From Promethearchaeota archaeon (GTDB lineage: Archaea > Asgardarchaeota > Lokiarchaeia > Sigyniarchaeales > SOKP01): DNA of 64,000 nucleotides. The stretch is from positions 32,001 to 96,000 of the forward strand of contig JAHPZE010000005.1 of assembly GCA_019058365.1 (NCBI GenBank). Reading direction: 5' to 3'. The notes under the pieces were generated by a model, which saw only the letters and a program-made list of their open reading frames with translations, searched no databases and was not told the DNA's origin. Each line of letters begins with the position of its first letter. Within the stretch, counting starts at the first letter, position 1. Shown one piece after another: positions 29,238 through 38,904 of this stretch. The position numbers were made by a program, and so were the translations under genes.

Positions 29238-31127
29238 TTAAATAATTGGAGCTGAATTTCGTTCAATTCCAAGTTTTTGAAGGGTTTCATTAGTAGGGAT
29301 TCCATTATTATCCCAGCCATGAAGGGCATAATATTCATCAAGCATTTTTTTAAATTTTTCTCTATCAATTTTTAAACCTTTGACTCTGGGAAGTCCTATA
29401 GGTGTAGCTTCCTCAAAGTACCGTTCTGGTAGAGTATCATCTTTTCTTGAAAATCCCTCCCTAATATTAAACATTCTTTCAATGGTGTAAATTCTTTCTC
29501 CAATTTCCATAAGTTGAGGCGTCGAATATTGCATCCCTGAAACTAGATAGATTAGTTTTGAATATTCTTCCCATTTAGGTGCATGAACTGCCAAGAAAAC
29601 CGTTTGAAATTTACATGTCCCCAACGAATCTGTAATTGCGTATAAAAGTTCTTGCCACCAAACCATGCGACTTTTCCCTTTATAAGATCTATAATCTGAT
29701 GACATAGAACCACCATAAATCTCTTCTAAGAAATCTTCCGGTAATCCATAAAGATCGATGGCTGGTCGGCTTCTTAAATGATCAGCTCCTCTCGTTGATG
29801 TGGCAATACCTAAAGCTAAACTAGGAGTTGGACGTTCGTCTGAATGTAAATTGCTCATTCCCTTCACTTTAATGGCATAATATTCAGATTTGTTTCCTAT
29901 CTTAGCTATAGCATTTTTAAATCCATCAGCAAGTATATTACCAAAACCTTCACGATAGACAATTTTTCTAATTAGTTCATAGAGAACTTCTTCACTACCC
30001 CACTCAAGCTTTAATCCATCTGTAAATTTTTCAGTTAGGATTCCTTTCTCGTAAAGTTCCATAGCCCAAGCAATGAGTCCTCCAGTTTCTAAAGTATCTA
30101 AGCCGTATTTATTAACAAGATGGTTAGCTGTAAGAACAGTTTCCATTTTTTTACAATCAACCATTGTACCAAATGCGCCTAAAGAAGTGTATTCTGGACC
30201 TTCTGCAAAAATAGGAGCAAACGAACCTTCTTTTAATGTATAGCGATGACGACAACTTACAGGACATCCATAACAACCCGACATTCCAATAGTATATTTA
30301 TCCATTTCTTCCGGTTCAATATCCCAACCCTGCTCTAATTGATTTAACTGAAAATTTCTTGTTCGAATTAAGCCTGTGGTATTTGTAGTACTATAAATTA
30401 TGAGTGTCCCCCATTTCGATGCCGCTCTTGAATATCGATTCTTCATAACCATATCGATAATTTCTTTACAATATGTTAATAAATCCTCTGGGTGCACAAA
30501 TTCAATATCCATCGTTCCTCGCGCAGCTATTGCCTTTAAATTCTTTGAACCCATGACACAGCCCATACCAGTTCGTCCAGCAGAGTTTTTCATACCCGTT
30601 CTTATATTAGCAAAGCGTACAAGATTCTCTCCAGCCTTACCTATTACTAATGATTTGATTTCTTCATCTCCATGATCTGAACGGATTATGGTTTGTGTTT
30701 CAAATGTATCCTTTCCCCATAGATGATTAGCATCTAATATTTCTATTTCTCCATCATGTATCCAAAGATAACAAGGTTTTTCAGCTTTTCCTGTTATCAC
30801 CAGATGATCAAATCCCGTCATTCTCATTTCTGGAGCGAAGAACCCTCCAACGTTTGAATCTCCAATTGCACCAGTTATGGGAGATTTTGCAGCAATGTCA
30901 CATCTTCCACTTCCAAGTGCGGGGATTCCAGTGAGTAAACCTGCACCTACAAGTAAGATATTTTTAGGACTTAAAGGATCAATTCCAGGTGAGAGATGAT
31001 TGTATAGAAGATACATATTTATGCCTCTACCACCTAAAAATTGTTCTCTAATTGATTTTGGAATCTGCTTTTTTATTATTTCTCTAGTAGATAAATCAAT
31101 ATATGCAATTTCTTTATTCCAAACTAT
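29238..31127 (-). CDS. Aldehyde:ferredoxin oxidoreductase family (W-dependent); N-terminus extends beyond the ORF track to a probable ATA start
   Basis: KSPITG, GRTGMGCVMGSKNLKAI, CYGCPVSC, EGPEY, RGADH, DSLGTC; upstream in-frame VWNKEIAYIDLSTREI...FLGGRG is the typical AOR N-terminus. Confidence 0.9.
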   Translation of the reverse strand: MVWNKEIAYIDLSTREIIKKQIPKSIREQFLGGRGINMYLLYNHLSPGIDPLSPKNILLVGAGLLTGIPALGSGRCDIAAKSPITGAIGDSNVGGFFAPEMRMTGFDHLVITGKAEKPCYLWIHDGEIEILDANHLWGKDTFETQTIIRSDHGDEEIKSLVIGKAGENLVRFANIRTGMKNSAGRTGMGCVMGSKNLKAIAARGTMDIEFVHPEDLLTYCKEIIDMVMKNRYSRAASKWGTLIIYSTTNTTGLIRTRNFQLNQLEQGWDIEPEEMDKYTIGMSGCYGCPVSCRHRYTLKEGSFAPIFAEGPEYTSLGAFGTMVDCKKMETVLTANHLVNKYGLDTLETGGLIAWAMELYEKGILTEKFTDGLKLEWGSEEVLYELIRKIVYREGFGNILADGFKNAIAKIGNKSEYYAIKVKGMSNLHSDERPTPSLALGIATSTRGADHLRSRPAIDLYGLPEDFLEEIYGGSMSSDYRSYKGKSRMVWWQELLYAITDSLGTCKFQTVFLAVHAPKWEEYSKLIYLVSGMQYSTPQLMEIGERIYTIERMFNIREGFSRKDDTLPERYFEEATPIGLPRVKGLKIDREKFKKMLDEYYALHGWDNNGIPTNETLQKLGIERNSAPII

Positions 31128-31461
31128 AATTTTCCACCCCTATTCTTAATGGTGTTTAATTGCAAATCACTATGCTTTTCAGTGCGATGGGAATATGTGC
31201 CCACTTAAGCTACAGAATTGAATTCAAAAGCAATTTTAATACTAGTATTCACTTACAAAATTAAATATTTTTACTTTTTATTTAAATTATTCATTAGATT
31301 TAAATATTTCAACGAAAACTAATAAGTAATAATTTAATTTAAAATAATATAATAGAAACCGTAAAACAACAATTTAATAATTAAAATTATATTAGAACTA
31401 TTATTAAATCCTTAAAAACCACTAGACTATATTATCGTTTCATATTAAGAAGTGATTCATA

Positions 31462-31617
31462 ATGAGTAAAGAGACTAAATGTAGGTGTATGAATTGTCTT
31501 GAACGCTTTCCAGTTTCTCCAAATGCAAAAGTGGCTACTTGTCCTCGCTGTAATATTACATATAGAATTTCTTGGCCATGGCCAGGCCAACCAAAAGTCA
31601 GAGGATTGGCGAAATAA
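31462..31617 (+). CDS. Small zinc-ribbon protein (51 aa), missed by the ORF track
   Basis: MSKETKCRCMNCLERFPVSPNAKVATCPRCNITYRISWPWPGQPKVRGLAK; CxxC-x14-CxxC. Confidence 0.75.
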   Translation: MSKETKCRCMNCLERFPVSPNAKVATCPRCNITYRISWPWPGQPKVRGLAK

Positions 31618-31624
31618 GGTCAGA

Positions 31625-33175
31625 TTATTCAAATTGCATTGCTAATTCAAATAATTCTGTAATATCATAGATTTTCAATGATCTTTCAGTAAAATTTTTC
31701 GTCCGAGAAGCAAAACGGAAGTTTAATTGGCATTGTGGACAAGCTGTTGTTAAAATATTAACATTTGTAGGGATAAAATCTTCTTTTAACCTTGTTTGGG
31801 TTGATTGTAAACTTACATCATTATTAAATGTCCAAAGTCCACCTCCACCTCCGCAACATCTGGCACAATTTCTATTCAATGGCATTTCAACAAGATTAAG
31901 ATGAGGTATTGCTTTTAATACGTTACGAGGTGGATTATAGACGTTACAATGTCTTCCAAGTGAACAGGGGTCATGATAAGTTACATTTAAATCTAAAGGT
32001 TTAAGGTTAATTTCTTCAGTTTTAATCTTTTTTTCAAGAAATTGAGAAGTATGGAGAATTTCACAAGGCATATTAATATCAAGGATTTCAGGATAAAGCC
32101 TTTTGAAGGTATAGTAACAACCAGAACAAGGAGTTACTAAAGTTTGAGCCTTAGTTTTTTCAATCCTTTCAACAGTATCGTTCGCAACTTTTTTAGCTTC
32201 TTCCCATAATCCAGATGAAATTAATACATAACCACAGCATCCTTCTTTATTCCCTAACGTTGTAAATTCAGTATTGCTTCGGTTTAAAATATTAATAAAT
32301 GCTTCAGCTGTTTTTGGAGTTCTAGTTGCTACAGTACACCCTAACCAGCATAGAGTATTTGCTTTTTCTGGTAAATTCAAATTAGAAATGTTTTTTACTC
32401 GTAAAAGACGCCGATTAGTAGGTATTGCAGAAGGGTCTCCATGTTCAAAAATGTTATCAGCTGCAGTGTGAAATACCTGTGGTGCCAAATTTTTTTCAGC
32501 GATAAGATGTCTCAAATAAAGTATTGCTTCATGAAACTCTAAATCTTGAAAACATTGAGCATAACAAAGTCCACATTTTGTACAACTATATAATATATCC
32601 ACAATCTTGTCTGAAAATATTAAATCACCTTTCATTATACCTCTAGTAATAAGCATTCTTCCTTTCGATGACCATGATTCGACTCCATTAAAGGAAGAGC
32701 TTACTGTGCAATAACCACTACATGTAGTGCACTGCTGGCACTTAGTTAGTGTTTTTCCTAAAAATAAGTTCTGTAATGCTAAAGCAAGATTTCTATAAGT
32801 CCCGTATCCTTTTATATCTAATTTATCAAATTTTGCTCTACTTCCATCCTTTTTTCCAGTCCCATCGATACAATTTTTAAGCGTAGGAATTTCTACATTA
32901 TCTAATAAAACTATAGTTTTAGATGATTTGTTCCTATTGTGCGAAAAAATTTTACCCCTTTCAATTAAAATAGCGTCTTTATTTTCAAAAAATCTTTTTA
33001 CTTCGTTTTCTTCCTTCAAAGAAGAAACTCTAACAATAATATCAGGTTGTATATCAATTCTATCAAGAAAAATCTTTTCAAAAGAATAGACATAACGGTC
33101 TTCTAAATCTGTTAGAACTTGACCTTTTTTTATAACCCGTTTCAATTGTTCAGTAATTCTATCTTTAGAATTCAT
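31625..33175 (-). CDS. GlcF/HdrD-like Fe-S oxidoreductase with two CCG domains and a GlcD-like N-terminal remnant
   Basis: CQQCTTCSGYC, CTKCGLCYAQC, WLGC, GCCG, TYHDPCSLGR, CCGGGGG, TACPQC. Confidence 0.88.
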   Translation of the reverse strand: MNSKDRITEQLKRVIKKGQVLTDLEDRYVYSFEKIFLDRIDIQPDIIVRVSSLKEENEVKRFFENKDAILIERGKIFSHNRNKSSKTIVLLDNVEIPTLKNCIDGTGKKDGSRAKFDKLDIKGYGTYRNLALALQNLFLGKTLTKCQQCTTCSGYCTVSSSFNGVESWSSKGRMLITRGIMKGDLIFSDKIVDILYSCTKCGLCYAQCFQDLEFHEAILYLRHLIAEKNLAPQVFHTAADNIFEHGDPSAIPTNRRLLRVKNISNLNLPEKANTLCWLGCTVATRTPKTAEAFINILNRSNTEFTTLGNKEGCCGYVLISSGLWEEAKKVANDTVERIEKTKAQTLVTPCSGCYYTFKRLYPEILDINMPCEILHTSQFLEKKIKTEEINLKPLDLNVTYHDPCSLGRHCNVYNPPRNVLKAIPHLNLVEMPLNRNCARCCGGGGGLWTFNNDVSLQSTQTRLKEDFIPTNVNILTTACPQCQLNFRFASRTKNFTERSLKIYDITELFELAMQFE

Positions 33176-33323
33176 TCACGTCAGATGATTATAATAGGTG
33201 ATTAATATAATAACTAATATATCCATTGATTTTAGAATAGAATAAAATGTTTTTAACCTTGCTATTAACCTTTATAATTCTATTGGATAAAATTTTTAAT
33301 AAAATCATAATATTAGAGATTTA

Positions 33324-33605
33324 ATGGCAAATGTCATACTGAAATTGATGACAATATTTTCAACCGAGGTTGGATTAACAGAGATCAATTATTCAAATGT
33401 GGAAATATTAGGGGATGTGATAGATCAATTCATGAGTGAGCATGGAAAGAAAATAAGAAAAAATTTTTTATCTCCACAGGGAAAGTTAGAGTCGCATATT
33501 GTTATATTAGTGAATGGAAGAAATTATATGTTTTTAGAAGAATTGAACACAAAATTGAAGGATGGAGATGAAATTGCTATTTCACCTCCTCTTGTTGGAG
33601 GATAA
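33324..33605 (+). CDS. MoaD/ThiS/SAMP ubiquitin-like sulfur carrier
   Basis: ILVNGR...LKDGDEIAISPPLVGG with C-terminal GG. Confidence 0.9.
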   Translation: MANVILKLMTIFSTEVGLTEINYSNVEILGDVIDQFMSEHGKKIRKNFLSPQGKLESHIVILVNGRNYMFLEELNTKLKDGDEIAISPPLVGG

Positions 33606-33637
33606 TTCTATTTTTAAATATAACGGAGATAAAAAAA

Positions 33638-33994
33638 ATAGATCCGAAATCAACTCTAAAAATTTATAATTATTTTGATGGAAATGGTAATAAATATATT
33701 ATAAATATTAAATTCATTGAATACATACCAGTAAAGCCATCTTTTAGCTCAAGTGGAGTTTATAGTGGAGGAGATTATACAAAAAAAAACATCAGTGAAA
33801 TACAATTCAATAAATTAACTACAAGTTTGAATGTAGCTATAAAAAATAAGAAGAGTCATACTAACAATAGAGTTAAAAAGTCTGGTTTGATAGTAATTCA
33901 AGAAAAAGATAAAGATAAAGCATATATTTTAAGCCCAGGCTCAGAAGAAATATCAAAAATAGAAAATTTACTAAAGAATATAATTTCCAACTGA
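33638..33994 (+). CDS. Hypothetical protein (about 118 aa) with probable ATA start, missed by the ORF track
   Basis: Uninterrupted frame IDPKSTLKIYNYFDGNGNKYII...EYIPVKPSFSSSGVYSGGDY...NRVKKSG...LKNIISN fills the gap between two genes; GGAG at 33625-33628. Confidence 0.6.
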   Translation: MDPKSTLKIYNYFDGNGNKYIINIKFIEYIPVKPSFSSSGVYSGGDYTKKNISEIQFNKLTTSLNVAIKNKKSHTNNRVKKSGLIVIQEKDKDKAYILSPGSEEISKIENLLKNIISN

Positions 33995-34001
33995 ATTTTA
34001 T

Positions 34002-34472
34002 CTATAAAATAAGCAAATTTATCCAATCTGCAACGACAGCGGGCTTATCTTGACCTTTAATTTCAATTATATGATGTGAAGTAAATTTCATTCCTCTTTT
34101 GACTAATTCGACTTTTGAAATGTGAGTAACATCTCGAATATAAGAACCAACTGGAACAGCAGATATAAATCTTATTTTATCGAATCCATAATTAACTATT
34201 GATTTGGCATCTGATACATAAAATTGCATTGAATCTTTCTCTCCATCTTGTAATGTAAAGAAACCAAGCATAGATAAGACAAAAAAACCGTGAGCGACTG
34301 TTTCCCCGTAAAGTGATTTTTTTGCTCTTTCTGGATTGATATGAATATACTGGTGATCTTGTGTAAGATCTGCAAATTTATCTATAGCTTCTTGGGTAAC
34401 TTGATACCATTTTGTACTAAATTCTTTCCCAATATAATTCTTTATTTCAATAGCTTTTATCTTATTAACCAT
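34002..34472 (-). CDS. MaoC-family (hot-dog) dehydratase
   Basis: FADLTQDHQYIH, TVAHGFFVLS, NYGFDKIRF. Confidence 0.9.
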   Translation of the reverse strand: MVNKIKAIEIKNYIGKEFSTKWYQVTQEAIDKFADLTQDHQYIHINPERAKKSLYGETVAHGFFVLSMLGFFTLQDGEKDSMQFYVSDAKSIVNYGFDKIRFISAVPVGSYIRDVTHISKVELVKRGMKFTSHHIIEIKGQDKPAVVADWINLLIL

Positions 34473-34555
34473 TTTTTATCTCGCTCTTTCTTTCAAATTC
34501 TTTTATTTACAATTACTTAAAAATGTTATATTTTTTTCCTTGAACAGAATTTCTT

Positions 34556-35797
34556 TTAACTCTCTTCTAGTTGTTCAATAAAGGCTTCTATACTTGTTCT
34601 TGATTGCTCATCTGAAAGACATCTCAAGTCGTTTAAGTCTCCATTTATTACTAAATTCGGTACTCCAATTTCATTTTCAAGCCTTTGAGGCATTCCATAC
34701 CGAGAGTTAGTGTTATGTGGACAGGTTTTTGCATCATGAAAGATGATACCATCTATCTTAAAGAATTCTATCATTTCATGAAGATATTTTTCTTTAATTT
34801 CATCTGAGCGAACGATAAATAGCTCTGTATATGCTTTTGCCATACTTCTAAAAGGATTTTTTTCATCAAAAGCTTTAAAAATCCAACTATTACAATATGT
34901 TGAAGCAACAACACATGTTTTAAGACTAGCAAACAATTCAGAATAGTGCCTCAGTCTTCCCCAAATAGGCATCCCTTCCCAATATAATCTAAAACGCTCA
35001 CCATCTACAGCTCCTATGTGATTTTTCACTCTCTCCTGTAATTCTAATAATAGAATCTTATAATAATCTACAGCTTGTTGGGTTCCTCTCATAACTACAG
35101 CAGGTCCCATATGAATAGTTCCATCAAAAAATGTAAAAGGTGATGGTATAGTGGCTGCTGTTTCTAACACTTTTTTCCAAAGTTCAGAACACTCACGTGA
35201 TAATGCTACAACATGTTTAAGTATATCAATATCAAATTTATTGGAGGATATTTTTTCTAATGGTTTAACAAGATTCTCCATTTGCTGTGCTATAAATGTA
35301 ATATGTTCGTTTGTAACTTCATCCACAGTCCTAGGTGTAGAAATACCCACTAATGGTACTTTAAATTCATTTGCAAACCAACCAAACCAATCTTGAACTT
35401 CTCTACATTGATTTGTGTTGAAGACTAACACATCGGGCTTTGGAATACTCTTAATATCAGGATAAGCTTTTGATAATGGAGTTATATGTTTTAAATATGC
35501 GCCTATGTCAGCAGTAAGGTAAGAACAAATTTCAGGTGAATAGCCTATTGCATTGGCGTAAGGGATTAAGTCTGTGGCCATTCTAGAAGATCCTAACATA
35601 GCACTATGGTTTTCTGGAAAGTAAATTTCAAATTCTAAACTTCTTAGTATTTCAGCAGGACCAACACTAGAACACCAAGCAACTTTTTTATCTTTGCTTT
35701 TGGAAGCATGATCTAATTCATGATAATAATCAGACATGATTTGGTTTAACATTTTGGTTGCCTTAATTTTTTTTCTAAGCATTAAGCATACCTCCAT
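34556..35797 (-). CDS. 2-hydroxyacyl-CoA dehydratase family subunit (HgdA/B, FldB/C-like)
   Basis: FPENH, ICSY, NTNQC, DGIIFHDAKTC, GDLND...IEAFIE; the start may be the second Met. Confidence 0.88.
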   Translation of the reverse strand: MEVCLMLRKKIKATKMLNQIMSDYYHELDHASKSKDKKVAWCSSVGPAEILRSLEFEIYFPENHSAMLGSSRMATDLIPYANAIGYSPEICSYLTADIGAYLKHITPLSKAYPDIKSIPKPDVLVFNTNQCREVQDWFGWFANEFKVPLVGISTPRTVDEVTNEHITFIAQQMENLVKPLEKISSNKFDIDILKHVVALSRECSELWKKVLETAATIPSPFTFFDGTIHMGPAVVMRGTQQAVDYYKILLLELQERVKNHIGAVDGERFRLYWEGMPIWGRLRHYSELFASLKTCVVASTYCNSWIFKAFDEKNPFRSMAKAYTELFIVRSDEIKEKYLHEMIEFFKIDGIIFHDAKTCPHNTNSRYGMPQRLENEIGVPNLVINGDLNDLRCLSDEQSRTSIEAFIEQLEES

Positions 35798-35842
35798 ATT
35801 AAATATGTTCTGATTTAAAAAAACAATTAATGAGATTTTAAT

Positions 35843-37051
35843 TCAATCTACTGATACTTCTAATATTAGAGCTGCACCGGTATCACCAGCAGCGCAGCCG
35901 TCAGCTAGACCATATCCTCCGCCTTTCTCCACAAGTTCTTCGATCAATTCAATTATGATTCTCATCATTGTAGGTGCTTGGGGATGACCATATATAAGTG
36001 AACTTCCGTAATTATTCATATCCTTCCAATCAATATCCATCTCCTTACAGAAATATACATCGTTAACTGCGAAAGGATTATGTGTTTTAATTACGGATAC
36101 ATCTTTTATAGAAATATCTGCATTTTCTAAAGCTTTCTTTGCTGCGGGAACTATAGCCATTGCCATGTATCCTGTTTTTGTTTTATAGTCTCCATAAGAT
36201 ACAACTCTAATCTCAACGTCCTCTCTTTTCCTTAATTGATTGGCTTTCTCTTTCGTTGCAACAATAACACCACAATTAGCATCTCCTGGATGTGTTTGAG
36301 TTCCATAAGTAACTGTACCTTCTGGAAGTACAGGTCTAAGCTTCGATAAACCTTCCATTGTTGTTGGATAAATCCCTTCATCTCCCTCTACAGTTGCAAG
36401 TACCTTTCGACCTGAGCGATCTTTAATTTCGATTGGTGTTATCATATATTTCTTTTGGAATGCTCTGCCATTTTTTAAAGAATCTTGATATTGATTATAA
36501 CGTAATATAGTGACTTCATCTTGTTCCTTCTTTGTTATCTTTGCTTCTTTAGCTACATTCTCAGCTGTTTGTATCATTGGGTTCTTGGCAAAAGGGTCTC
36601 TTCCAAAATTATCCCATACCCAATTTTCTGCATCTAAAGTGCTCCCTGGTGCTTCAGGATTCGGATAAACAAGATGAGGTCCATTTGAACATCTATCTGC
36701 AGTTATTACAAGAACATTTTTATTTATTCCCGTTTCAATATTTTGTGCTGCAATTGAAATTGTATTGGTTCCGGTAGCACATGCTTGACTAATCATCGGA
36801 CCTGTGACATGCTCAGCTCCAATCATACTTGCTAACCAAGGACCTCCATAGAAACAATAGAGCTGGGGGATTGTTATACCAAATATGAGTTCATCAAAGT
36901 CATTAGGAGAAATTCCCCTTTCATTTAAAAATCGTTTAGTTATTTCTGCTGCAAACTTTATTGCATGGAGATTTTGAAAACTCATCTGCCATCTTGAAAA
37001 AGGAGTACTCCAATACTGTCCATATGGTATGTAAGCTTTTTTAAAGACCAT
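35843..37051 (-). CDS. Thiolase family protein
   Basis: SQACATG, HNPFAV, NNYGSSLIYGHP, CAAGDTGAA. Confidence 0.88.
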   Translation of the reverse strand: MVFKKAYIPYGQYWSTPFSRWQMSFQNLHAIKFAAEITKRFLNERGISPNDFDELIFGITIPQLYCFYGGPWLASMIGAEHVTGPMISQACATGTNTISIAAQNIETGINKNVLVITADRCSNGPHLVYPNPEAPGSTLDAENWVWDNFGRDPFAKNPMIQTAENVAKEAKITKKEQDEVTILRYNQYQDSLKNGRAFQKKYMITPIEIKDRSGRKVLATVEGDEGIYPTTMEGLSKLRPVLPEGTVTYGTQTHPGDANCGVIVATKEKANQLRKREDVEIRVVSYGDYKTKTGYMAMAIVPAAKKALENADISIKDVSVIKTHNPFAVNDVYFCKEMDIDWKDMNNYGSSLIYGHPQAPTMMRIIIELIEELVEKGGGYGLADGCAAGDTGAALILEVSVD

Positions 37052-37097
37052 TTTTTAATAACCTAATTTATTATTTAATTGTTATTTTGATAATTTC

Positions 37098-38678
37098 TTA
37101 TTTATTATTAATTTGCTTATTAAATCGTTCTCTTAATCTTCGATGAATTACTTTTCCTGAACCTGTCCTAGGCATTTCTTCAGAATTTATACACAAAAAT
37201 CGTTTTGGAACCTTAAATTTGGCTAATTTATCTTCACAATATTGGTGCATTTCTTCATTAAAAGCATCTGGAGATGCAACCTCTTTATTTACTATACAGA
37301 CAGCAGTTACACTTTCGCCCCATTTATAATCTTCTAATCCTACTACAGCACATTCTACAACTGAAGGATGTGATATAATGACTTTTTCCACTTCTGAAGG
37401 ATAGACATGCTCTCCACCAGTTATAATCATATTGGCTTTTCTATCTACAAGATAATAAAAACCATCTTCATCTTTTTTTCCCATATCACCAGCACTAAAA
37501 AATTCTCCCTTAAAGGCTTGTTTAGTTTTTTCTGGTAATTTATAGTATTCATCAAACATTTCTGGTCCCCGAGAATATAATTCACCTATTTCTCCTATAG
37601 GTACCTCATTTCCTTCTTCATCTAATAATTTGATTATATCTGTTCCAATACATTCTTTCCCAATAGAACCTAATTTTTTCATTTGATCTTCAGGCCTAAG
37701 AAGTGTTACAAGACCAGCCTCTGTTGATCCATACGCCTCAAAAAGTTTTGTCTTATTAAAAAGATTCATTACATCTAATTTCATTTGTTTTGTAGCAGGA
37801 GCGGATGATGTTAATAATGAGGTTATACAGCTAAGATCATATTTTTGCTTTATTTCCTCTGGTAAGCTTAAAATTAGATTGTAATGAGTAGGAATCATTG
37901 AAGTAAATGTGATTTTTTCTTGATGAATTATCTCTAAAACTTCCTCTGGATCAAATTTATATTCAATATGAATATAAACTGGAGCTCCTATGTAAGTAAA
38001 GACAAATGAATAAAAGGTGGAATTTACATGGGATAATGGCATTAAGATCATTCCATAATCTAGTGGAGTAAATGAAAATTCTGCTTCATTAATGAGGAAA
38101 AAGGCTATGTAAGAACGATGTGAACGAATAACTCCCTTTGGTTTCCCAGTAGTCCCTGATGTATATAGAATAACCCACGTATCTTCTGGATTTACTTTTA
38201 CAGAGGGATAAGTATTTTCTCCTAGTTCTACAATATCTTCAAAATATTTCCAACCTTTTGCTGGTTTATCAGCTATCAAAATGCGTTCAACATTCTCAAA
38301 TCCCAACTCTTTAGCTCGTTCCCAAATTTTTTCTGTAGCTTCCTTAAATCTAGATTCTACAAATAACCATTTTGCATCAGAATTATTTATTATATATGAA
38401 ATATCATCAGGATGCAACCTGAAGTTTAGGGGGGTTACAATTAAACCTCCCTTAGCAGCAGCTACATACACTTCCATAAATTCAATCGAATTATTTGATA
38501 ATATTGCGATTGTGTCACCTTTATTTAAACCACTTTTAAGGAATCCGTTTGCAAGTTTATTAGTTCTTTCATTTAACTCTTTAAATGTTAATTGACGCCT
38601 TCTATCCTTTAATGCAAGTTTGTTTGGATATTTTGCTGCATTAACGCTAATAATTTCTCCAATATTAAGCCATGTCAT
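37098..38678 (-). CDS. Acyl/aryl-CoA synthetase (AMP-forming)
   Basis: YTSGTTGKPKG, YGSTE, AGD, DRKANMIITGGE, PRTGSGKV. Confidence 0.92.
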   Translation of the reverse strand: MTWLNIGEIISVNAAKYPNKLALKDRRRQLTFKELNERTNKLANGFLKSGLNKGDTIAILSNNSIEFMEVYVAAAKGGLIVTPLNFRLHPDDISYIINNSDAKWLFVESRFKEATEKIWERAKELGFENVERILIADKPAKGWKYFEDIVELGENTYPSVKVNPEDTWVILYTSGTTGKPKGVIRSHRSYIAFFLINEAEFSFTPLDYGMILMPLSHVNSTFYSFVFTYIGAPVYIHIEYKFDPEEVLEIIHQEKITFTSMIPTHYNLILSLPEEIKQKYDLSCITSLLTSSAPATKQMKLDVMNLFNKTKLFEAYGSTEAGLVTLLRPEDQMKKLGSIGKECIGTDIIKLLDEEGNEVPIGEIGELYSRGPEMFDEYYKLPEKTKQAFKGEFFSAGDMGKKDEDGFYYLVDRKANMIITGGEHVYPSEVEKVIISHPSVVECAVVGLEDYKWGESVTAVCIVNKEVASPDAFNEEMHQYCEDKLAKFKVPKRFLCINSEEMPRTGSGKVIHRRLRERFNKQINNK

Positions 38679-38801
38679 GAAATTATCCTCTTTTCATCAT
38701 TCTATTCTTTTAATAAACGTTGCTGTTATATTGATTCAGAACGATTTCTATAAATATTTTAATCTTATTTTAAACATCTAAATTATATAAAAAATTTTAC
38801 C

Positions 38802-38823
38802 TTTTCCCATAATTATGGGAAAA
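38802..38823. promoter_or_regulatory. Perfect 22-bp palindrome, candidate operator
   Basis: TTTTCCCATAATTATGGGAAAA, about 125 bp upstream of the ligase-thiolase-dehydratase operon. Confidence 0.5.
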
Positions 38824-38904
38824 TATTAGAGTATATTCTGAAATATTGTGAACGTTAAATTTTATGTTCAGAAATAAATAATGGGATTTTATTTCATATC
38901 TTCC

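Noticed and set aside
28734-31127. Class II benzoyl-CoA reductase BamBC
   Set aside because: The protein has the AOR-type EGPEY motif rather than the BamB Cys tungsten ligand, and no bamDEFGHI genes are present
33324-33605. Eukaryote-like ubiquitin
   Set aside because: The sequence is MoaD/SAMP-type and lies near an AOR gene; no E2 or E3 genes nearby
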